DNA of 11,178 bases from Pseudobacteriovorax sp. (GTDB taxonomy: Bacteria; Bdellovibrionota_B; Oligoflexia; Oligoflexales; Oligoflexaceae). The position numbers were made by a program, and so were the translations under genes. Shown here piece by piece: positions 1 to 6,434 of the stretch; positions within the stretch are counted from its first letter, which is position 1; every line of letters begins with the position of its first letter. The notes under the pieces are model-generated. The model saw nothing but the letters and a program-made list of their open reading frames with translations. It was not told where the DNA came from and did no database searches. Location: contig JBNKNM010000187.1 of assembly GCA_050293845.1 (NCBI GenBank), positions 1-11,178 of the forward strand, written 5' to 3'.

Positions 1-126
1 GATGCCGTTGAAGCCAGAGTTGACGCTATCTCCGAGAATCAAAAGCTGAAAGACGAAGTAAAACAGCTCAAAATGGAGCTTGAAATAGTAAAAAAAGCCG
101 CGGTTTACTTTGCGAGCCAAAAGTAG
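1..126 (+). CDS. IS3-family transposase OrfA, C-terminal part (5' end outside window)
   Basis: Reads DAVEARVDAISENQKLKDEVKQLKMELEIVKKAAVYFASQK*: a leucine-zipper-like segment plus the ELEIxKKAAxYF signature. Stop TAG at 124-126. Confidence 0.85.
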   Translation, partial: DAVEARVDAISENQKLKDEVKQLKMELEIVKKAAVYFASQK

Positions 127-200
127 ACCGCTATAAGTATATCAAGCGCCACTCTGGGATCTATCTAGTAAAGCTCTTATGCCAAGCTCTTGAACTAGTG
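1..200 (+). mobile_element. IS3-family insertion sequence remnant (orfA 3' end, frameshift site, start of orfB; truncated)
   Basis: Frame 1 reads ...KQLKMELEIVKKAAVYFASQK*, a typical IS3 OrfA C-terminus. An A7G slippery motif lies at 90-97. The -1 frame reads KSRGLLCEPKVDRYKYIKRHSGIYLVKLLCQALEL, like IS3 OrfB N-termini. Similarity is lost near 198, with no DDE domain or right inverted repeat. Confidence 0.85.
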
Positions 201-266
201 ATTTTGTTGATAATTGCCATCTATACCTTAAAGACTTGTGGGGCTGTGCCGATTCCCTCGTTATAA
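93..266 (+). pseudogene. Truncated IS3-family transposase OrfB
   Basis: In the -1 frame relative to orfA, entered through A7G. About 35 codons resemble OrfB (RYxxI...YxVKxLCxxLxL), followed by unrelated sequence to TAA at 264-266. Confidence 0.75.
229..255 (+). promoter_or_regulatory. Putative sigma-28 (FliA/SigD-type) promoter
   Basis: TAAAGACT-N11-GCCGATTC against the consensus TAAAGTTT-N11-GCCGATAA. It is followed by SD GGGAGG (271-276) and a TTG start at 285. Confidence 0.65.
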
Positions 267-284
267 TCATGGGAGGAAACCCTT

Positions 285-1631
285 TTGAGATTCTATGTAA
301 TTTATTTGTTCTTAGTTCTGTCTTGCGACAACCCGGAAGGCGATGAAGGTTCGGGTGGTGGCGGAGATGGTGAAATTGATAGTCTATCTTACGGTCAAGT
401 AAATATTGTATCTTCCACGTTAGCCGTCGATACTAGCGGAAGCTTGTATCTTCAAGATGGTGAGGATATTGAAGACTGCGATTTTAGCATGGATATTTAT
501 CGAGCAGAAGGCTCATGCTTCACTCCCTACTCGGTAATCGGCTACGCCACGGTGATCACCGGAGCTGATGCCACATCCACAGAAGTCGGCAGCGCTGCAA
601 GGTTAGCTGGAGTGCCGGGTACTGGATACGACCCAACCTTTGATGAAGAAGAAGGAGCTCTGATATCTGGTGCAGAAATTGATTTTGCTGTGGATCAGCC
701 GTTTACCGGATTTAATGAGATCTTCCAGCAGTACGAAACTAAACCTCTATACACCCATATTTCAATGGGCACGGCCTATCAGAAAATAGGATTTTCTTTA
801 AAAGACAAATTCGTAACAATGCTTATTCCTGCCTTTAGTCAGCCAGTTGTTGATTGGAGTGCCTGGGATAATTGCCCATTGAGCGAAGAAGAAAAGGAAT
901 ACGATCGATTCCAAAATGCAAATGTTTTGGAAGGCATGACTTTTGAAGCCGGTGACTATCTATTCTGTGTGAAAGATGCCCAGACGGATAGTTGCGAGGC
1001 AGATGATTTTCAGTGGTACGATATGGATGATGAAACGTTAGTATCGACACGTCCTGACAACCCACGAAAGCATAGTTATTTGACATTTAATAAGTCGGAT
1101 TGCATCGACGAGGGGGAAGGGCGAAAGAATCTAAATATGACTATGATGTTCTTTCCTGCTGTTTTGACTAACAAATTCCGGCTCTATTCTGATTATTCCC
1201 ACGGTATTAATAGTGTTCAGTGGCCAGATGCAATCGAGCCCTTTGGTGAAGCTATTCCCGCTGGAGATCGTACGACGGACGAGTTTGCAGAGACCTATCA
1301 GCTCTATTACTACCATCCAGAAGATGGAGAGATAACAGAAGGAACGAACTTGGCACTTGATTTTGATTTTGATGTTTCGGAAATGCTTTATCTCGACGGT
1401 GTTCGCTCTAGTGATATCGCTGCCAGTAGTTTGCAAGAGCTACTGAAAATTGTTTACACTAAACACGATTGGGTTTTTCAGCAAAAGGGTGATAATAAGG
1501 TCATAGGATACAGTATTGATCAGGTTACATCAATGGGAGTTGAAGTAGAAGTCACCCTAACCGGAGATCGAAATCCACCGGATGTTCCAGAATACATTGA
1601 ATCTTTACAAGAAGAGGACGAAACTGAATGA
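285..1631 (+). CDS. Acidic, Cys-containing lipoprotein of unknown function (448 aa)
   Basis: Long ORF with a strong SD and TTG start. Signal peptide II MRFYVIYLFLVLS-C with lipobox, then a Gly/acidic tether (GDEGSGGGGDG). D/E-rich with several Cys. Confidence 0.85.
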   Translation: MRFYVIYLFLVLSCDNPEGDEGSGGGGDGEIDSLSYGQVNIVSSTLAVDTSGSLYLQDGEDIEDCDFSMDIYRAEGSCFTPYSVIGYATVITGADATSTEVGSAARLAGVPGTGYDPTFDEEEGALISGAEIDFAVDQPFTGFNEIFQQYETKPLYTHISMGTAYQKIGFSLKDKFVTMLIPAFSQPVVDWSAWDNCPLSEEEKEYDRFQNANVLEGMTFEAGDYLFCVKDAQTDSCEADDFQWYDMDDETLVSTRPDNPRKHSYLTFNKSDCIDEGEGRKNLNMTMMFFPAVLTNKFRLYSDYSHGINSVQWPDAIEPFGEAIPAGDRTTDEFAETYQLYYYHPEDGEITEGTNLALDFDFDVSEMLYLDGVRSSDIAASSLQELLKIVYTKHDWVFQQKGDNKVIGYSIDQVTSMGVEVEVTLTGDRNPPDVPEYIESLQEEDETE

Positions 1632-2631
1632 TGAAAATGCGCTCTAGCGACCATCTCTTTTTATTTGCAGTTCACCACTGGTCATCAAGTCTATTTTTAT
1701 TCCTTAGCAATGTCAAAGTCGTTGCAAATAGAACTTATTTACTTTGAGTTTGGCTTTTCAAGCGGCGATGAATTGTCGAAACGTAGGAGAGAGCCGTCGA
1801 TAAAAAATAAAGAGGAAGATAAGAATTGTATTTACAAAACCACCCTTCATCTCTTCCATAAAATACTGCTGCATGATATAAATCTTCTATATCCATAGAT
1901 AGCACGTAAATACCATCCTTGAGTTTAGGCGAAAATCCTGTAATTCATAGTCAATTAACAACATAATATTTCCATCTTTTTCAAGAATCGGTTTCGTATT
2001 TTTATCAGCTAATTAAAGAAACTATTTTATTACTTTACAGAAAGTACTCCTGTTGTGTCGGTCTGCAGTATATTATCCGGCAAGCAGCTTATTAAAAAAA
2101 TTCAAGAGAATGGTATGAGTAAATATGATAATACAATAAAATCGATTCAAGGCACTGAAGACTGAAGTGGCATCGTGTGCAAACAATTTGCTACTTTAAG
2201 CAAACACAATAGCTGGAGTGTTGTGAGTATTCCGGTGTAATTTAAAGATCACCTAAATAGGATATCACAGATTGATTCATAAAAATACTTAACGCAAGAG
2301 AGATACTCCTAAAATAAAAGGTAAATTGAAAGCAATAACCGTAGATCAACTCTAATCCAGCTAGTAGTGAATTTCAGTCATAGGCTTCCTGCAATTTACA
2401 CTCGAATTTTTTCGTAAATTAAGTTTTCATCGCCCATTGGTGAGAGACAAACAGAGTAGAATCTATACTTTATTAGCATTCTTCTAACTTTATCTACTAC
2501 AATATATTCAAATTCAAGGCAAAAGCGGTAAGATAAGAATCCAACTATTTCTTAGGATTTATAATTCTTCGGTTGTTCCGATTCTAGGTTAATTGTTTAA
2601 GGATAAAACCGTCAACACTTGAGAACCTGAT

Positions 2632-3285
2632 ATGGGATCAAAGAAAGAGAAAAAACAAAACTATATAGTTATAGAAGATTCAAAAGAGCTTTTAAACAAA
2701 GTCCACATAAATATACTGAATTGCTATAAATGTAAATCTCAAGTTGGAGAAACCTTTCACAAGACAGATATTCACCATCGAGGAGATGCTGGACGGGTAG
2801 TGATTATAGGGCAGCAACCAGGAAAACAAGAAATCAAAAAAGGACTACCCTTTTCAGGGAAAACTGGTCAACGATTGGATTCCTGGCTTATTGAATGCGG
2901 AGCGAATCCTTTGCAACCGAGAGAAGGAATTTATACAACATCAATTGTCAAATGTTACGGAGGAAAAAAACATTTAAAATTGATGTCATCTAACTGTGAA
3001 AATTTTCTAAGTGAACAATTACGAATAATAAAGCCTGAGTTGATTATAACTCTTGGAAAGCATGCATTTTTTGCAATTGACGTGTCTAGGCAGACCTATG
3101 CAGAATCTCTGTGCAAGCTCTACCCAAGCAAAAATCACATACTCTTTACTAACTTTGGGTTTCATTATATTCACTTACCCTGGCCACATCCGAGTGGATT
3201 AAATAGGTGGCATAACAGCCCCAGCAATAAAAAACTTTTGACAGCAAGCTTTGAGTTTGTGAAAGAGTATCTAAATGTCTTATAG
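2632..3285 (+). CDS. Uracil-DNA glycosylase superfamily protein, family-4/5-like with probable 4Fe-4S cluster
   Basis: Motif A-like VVIIGQQPGKQE, followed by GLPFSGKTGQRLDSWL, IYTTSIVKC and LRIIKPELIITLG. Motif B is PHPSG. Four Cys (CYKC, VKC, SNC) are placed like Fe-S ligands. Confidence 0.9.
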   Translation: MGSKKEKKQNYIVIEDSKELLNKVHINILNCYKCKSQVGETFHKTDIHHRGDAGRVVIIGQQPGKQEIKKGLPFSGKTGQRLDSWLIECGANPLQPREGIYTTSIVKCYGGKKHLKLMSSNCENFLSEQLRIIKPELIITLGKHAFFAIDVSRQTYAESLCKLYPSKNHILFTNFGFHYIHLPWPHPSGLNRWHNSPSNKKLLTASFEFVKEYLNVL

Positions 3286-4066
3286 GAAAATTTGGATATC
3301 TTTGATCATAGTAGTAATACAAATTTTGATTGCATTTAGCCCATTAATCAAAATAGTCAATGATGTATTGAGTCCTGCAACTGACTATGCATCAATACGG
3401 GATCAGTTTATCATGATTATAGGCTTTCAGATCGCCTTAATGACTGGCTCAATTTCACTTGCTGGTAATATCCAAGCAGCCGCCTGCGAAAATGCGGTGG
3501 AACAGTTAAAAGCAAAGAACCGACAATTCGACACTATCGAAAAGATAAAAGATGTTGAGTTTTATCCTAAATTTCTTTCTCATGCAGAAACTGCAAAAGA
3601 CAGCGTTGACATATGTTATCTTGCTCCTTACCCTCCTGATGCCACCACCCACAGAGAAAGACACAAGTATTATCAAAAAATACTATCGCTTATGAAAAAA
3701 AACAATACAGTGAGATTTAGGAGAATTGTCAGATATAGTGAGAAGAATATTGCTTGGATAAAAAGTCTGTCAGCCGAATTGGCTAACATACCAAATTCAG
3801 ACCTGGCTATCCTTCATGATAGTGCCGATACAGAAAAAATGCCTCTTGCACTGTCGGTGCAGATCATTGACGATAACCACGTTTGGCTTGTTGCCGTAAA
3901 TGGCCATGAAAGAGAAGGATCGTACCGAGATGTTTATATCAGGAATACAGATTACGTCGAAGTAATGAAACACTACTACAATCGACTTTGGCGCCGTTCT
4001 GAAGTTCTCATAGACTCTGGAATGATTACAGAAAAGCTTACCGAGTTATTAGAGGTGAACAAATGA
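3275..4066 (+). CDS. Membrane-anchored protein with two N-terminal TM helices and a PLD-like (HKD-less) C-terminal domain
   Basis: Hydrophobic segments IWISLIIVVIQILIAF and FIMIIGFQIALMTGSISLA. The pattern AKDSVDICY...VRFRRIV...VQIIDDNHVWL...MKHYYNRLWRRS resembles PLD/TrmB-C-like folds, but no HxK motif is visible. Overlaps the upstream gene by 11 bp. Confidence 0.7.
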   Translation: MSYRKIWISLIIVVIQILIAFSPLIKIVNDVLSPATDYASIRDQFIMIIGFQIALMTGSISLAGNIQAAACENAVEQLKAKNRQFDTIEKIKDVEFYPKFLSHAETAKDSVDICYLAPYPPDATTHRERHKYYQKILSLMKKNNTVRFRRIVRYSEKNIAWIKSLSAELANIPNSDLAILHDSADTEKMPLALSVQIIDDNHVWLVAVNGHEREGSYRDVYIRNTDYVEVMKHYYNRLWRRSEVLIDSGMITEKLTELLEVNK

Positions 4067-4563
4067 TGACAATTGAAAATGAAACTTTTTTACTTCTGTC
4101 AATTCACGAGGTACATGCGAATCGAATTATGGACAGGCTTAAGAAATTCGAGCTTAGAAAACGCTTACCCAAAGAAAAATTTCATAAAGTGTTCCTGTAT
4201 CAAACCAAAGGTGAAGGACTTATTGGTGCATTTGGTGTAGGTGAGATACTTAAAATGACAATTTCTGAACTTTGGGATACAGTCGGGGAAGATGCCACAT
4301 CTAAAGAGAGGTTCGATGCGTACTTCGAAGGAAAGGTTATTGGCTGCGCTATAGAAGTAAAAAATCCAGTTAGGTTCAGGCTTTCTGCTGCTTCAAATGT
4401 AATCCAAAATTGTGTTAGTGAATTTACTGCTCCACAAAGTTTCAAAGTATCACGACCCGGGGATGACCTTCATCAATACTTATGTCTGAAATATCTGGAG
4501 GAGACAAAAAAAAAATCGTCAAGATCGAAGAAATCAAAGCCTCACAGCGATCTAAATTTGTAA
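4063..4563 (+). CDS. ASCH-domain (PUA-like) protein
   Basis: LLSIHEVHANRIMDRLKKFELRK...VFLYQT...LIGAF...APQSF matches the ASCH pattern (LSIxPxxxxxIxxGxKxxExR...PQSF). SD GAGGTG at 4052-4057 and ATGA overlap with the upstream gene. Confidence 0.85.
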   Translation: MMTIENETFLLLSIHEVHANRIMDRLKKFELRKRLPKEKFHKVFLYQTKGEGLIGAFGVGEILKMTISELWDTVGEDATSKERFDAYFEGKVIGCAIEVKNPVRFRLSAASNVIQNCVSEFTAPQSFKVSRPGDDLHQYLCLKYLEETKKKSSRSKKSKPHSDLNL

Positions 4564-5507
4564 ATATAGTAACTAATCAAATAGGGGCGAACTATACTGC
4601 AATTACGGAAAAATTTGCTAAACGTATTCTTGAAATACACGATTTGGGAAAAGATCCAAAAGGATACATGACTGTTTCGAAGAAATCTTTTTCAATTTAC
4701 GACAGCTCTAATTCCCATATTGGATACACTGTACTTACGTTTAAGCTGGGATCGACTGCGAAATCTGGCCCTACGATTTTATTCCCAAAATTTAGAAACT
4801 TAGGTTATGGTCAAGCCGTGCGCACAGCAGTTAACAATTATTGTAGTGAAAACGGAATAACTAAGATATATTGCACGGCGTCCTGCAATGACATACGTCT
4901 TATTCGATATTTGATTAAATCAGGAATGAGTATTGAGGCACATCTTAAGCGTCAATACTCACAATATAGGGATGAAATTGTCCTGGGTCAAATTCTCAGT
5001 CACGAACCAGTCTCCCCAAAAACTTATGAAAGAAAACGTGAAGCGTTTGAAATAGTAGAAAATAGTTTTTCTACAGAAGTCGTTTCCAACTTTTTAAATA
5101 GACTTTTTAGGAAAACTTTTTTCGAAGTTGATAATAGTTTTGGACATCGGCTTGTTGAAACATTTTCTCAAGTTGGAGCTTGCAATTACGAGGATAAAAA
5201 TAGATGGTTAATATTAGGGCAAAGGAATTCAAAAATTGGGGCTACGATAATACTGATTCCAAAACGCGGTGGTTCGGTCAAAGGAGTAATACTTTCTGAG
5301 TCATGCCACCCCTCCTCTCTTACAACCCTTATTCAAAAGGCTTTAAGTCACTGTAAATCTCAAAATCAATCCAAATTATATTTTTGTCACCCTTTTGATG
5401 ACATTCTAATTTTGCAGACTCTAATTAGTTTGGGTTTTGAGAATGAAGGGATACTTCGGTCACCCTCTTCCTCACACCAAATCATACTATCAAAATTCAT
5501 TCTGTAA
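4482..5507 (+). CDS. Tandem GNAT-family N-acetyltransferase (possibly expressed as an ASCH-GNAT-GNAT fusion)
   Basis: Acetyl-CoA motif A FPKFRNLGYG and YLIKSGMSIEAHL in domain 1. A second GNAT-like repeat has KLYF...TLISLGFENEGILR. No SD before ATG 4482, and an 82-bp overlap with the ASCH ORF. Confidence 0.8.
   Translation: MSEISGGDKKKIVKIEEIKASQRSKFVNIVTNQIGANYTAITEKFAKRILEIHDLGKDPKGYMTVSKKSFSIYDSSNSHIGYTVLTFKLGSTAKSGPTILFPKFRNLGYGQAVRTAVNNYCSENGITKIYCTASCNDIRLIRYLIKSGMSIEAHLKRQYSQYRDEIVLGQILSHEPVSPKTYERKREAFEIVENSFSTEVVSNFLNRLFRKTFFEVDNSFGHRLVETFSQVGACNYEDKNRWLILGQRNSKIGATIILIPKRGGSVKGVILSESCHPSSLTTLIQKALSHCKSQNQSKLYFCHPFDDILILQTLISLGFENEGILRSPSSSHQIILSKFIL
4506..4515 (+). repeat. A10 homopolymer at the ASCH/GNAT frame junction
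   Basis: gagac-AAAAAAAAAA-tcgtc. The GNAT frame is -1 relative to the ASCH frame and both frames are open across the tract. Confidence 0.9.
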
Positions 5508-5697
5508 GGAAAATCAGATAAGTTATCAATTAGAGCCAGTTAAATTACTCCATTATTCCTCTTCTCAGCAATGTCTGCTAGTGATTGGGTTTAAGATTCG
5601 ATTCGACACCTTTATTTATCGCATTTCTCGCCTGTTTACCAACAGGGATCTTAACAGTTTTGCTAAATTTTTATGTAGCTTAAATTTAATAGAAAGT

Positions 5698-5742
5698 GGG
5701 TCCTTCTAAACACCTATGTCGAACGGGGGGGATCTCTGCCCG
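5698..5742 (+). other. Candidate lambda-type cos site (cosQ + cosN)
   Basis: GGGTCCT (5698-5704) is identical to lambda cosQ. It is followed 21 nt later, after ACG, by GGGGGGATCTCT (5726-5737), 7/12 identical to the lambda cohesive end GGGCGGCGACCT, which is also preceded by ACG. It lies about 260 bp upstream of terS. Confidence 0.55.
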
Positions 5743-5750
5743 CTTTTTTT
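5724..5750 (+). terminator. Possible weak intrinsic terminator after the four-gene operon (overlaps cos candidate)
   Basis: Imperfect stem CGGG...CCCG followed by C and T7. The dyad could instead reflect cosN symmetry. Confidence 0.35.
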
Positions 5751-5925
5751 ACCTGTCAGCTCTGATAGGGGGCAACAACAATCCCATTATGACTTATATG
5801 AGTTTCATTTAAGTAACCCACTTAATATATTAATAATAATTTTCAGAAAATGGAAATAGTCTGTACTTTTGACTCTCCCTCGATTGACTTTTCGCCTTTA
5901 ATTTAACGCAAATCTAGTCGTAAAC

Positions 5926-5948
5926 TGCAATGCTTGGTATTCCCACAA
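5926..5948 (+). repeat. 23-bp dispersed motif, copy 1 (upstream of terS)
   Basis: TGCAATGCTTGGTATTCCCACAA; 19/23 identical to the copy at 8321. Confidence 0.65.
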
Positions 5949-5987
5949 GATGACGTGAGTGTTTTAATGCCTGCCAAAGGAGGTTCT

Positions 5988-6434
5988 ATGAAACACGTAA
6001 CAATTTCAGATCTAGGAGACCTTACGGGGTTCACATACCGAACTATTAAAAGGAGACTTCAAAATCTAAAGCCACTATCTTTACAAATTCAAGGTACATA
6101 CTACAACTCGGAAGATGCGCTAAAAGCAGTCTTTAGTGTTCAGCAAAAAGATGAGCTTTCGCTTGCCGCTGAAAGGGCAAAGTTAGCAAAGGCCCAAACT
6201 CAAAAAATTGAACTTGAGTACAAGGTCATGAAGGGTGAGTTGGTCGTTGCTGAAGAATTTATCGAAGAATACTCAAAACGAGTGGTCGCAACCAAAAATA
6301 AATTTCTTGGAATTCCATCCAAGCTTGGAGCTCGGTTTAGATCCTTTGGTGAAGCCGCAGATCTCGAAGAGGAAGCAGAAGAGTTAATCCACGAAGCCTT
6401 AAGGGAGATGGCCGTAGCCGATGCTAGCGCTTGA
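5988..6434 (+). CDS. terS: Phage terminase small subunit (Nu1-like), 148 aa
   Basis: The start is reassigned to ATG 5988 after SD GGAGG (5979-5983). N-terminal wHTH (ISDLGDLTGFTYRTIKR), the coiled coil ERAKLAKAQTQKIELEYKVMKGELV and FLGIPSKL are present. Overlaps terL. Confidence 0.9.
   Translation: MKHVTISDLGDLTGFTYRTIKRRLQNLKPLSLQIQGTYYNSEDALKAVFSVQQKDELSLAAERAKLAKAQTQKIELEYKVMKGELVVAEEFIEEYSKRVVATKNKFLGIPSKLGARFRSFGEAADLEEEAEELIHEALREMAVADASA

Noticed and set aside
262..267. Perfect TATAAT as a sigma-70 -10 box for the first lipoprotein
   Set aside because: There is no properly spaced -35, and the implied TSS would fall within the SD. The sigma-28-type match explains the region better.
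835..1436. Minus-strand ORFs 835-1086 and 1131-1436
   Set aside because: Antisense shadows of the lipoprotein gene with no recognisable motifs.
1665..1898. 77-aa plus-strand ORF
   Set aside because: TTG start without an SD and no recognisable domain; probably spurious.
2558..2584. TCCGATTC as a third sigma-28 -10 box upstream of the UDG gene
   Set aside because: No TAAA at the required spacing.
4200..4445. 81-aa minus-strand ORF
   Set aside because: Antisense to the ASCH gene with no supporting features.
5437..5709. 90-aa ORF overlapping the GNAT 3' end
   Set aside because: 70-bp out-of-frame overlap, no clear SD, no motifs, and it runs into the cos candidate.
5934..5987. TTG start of terS given by the ORF track
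   Set aside because: It lies inside the repeated motif. ATG 5988 has a strong SD and starts directly at the HTH.
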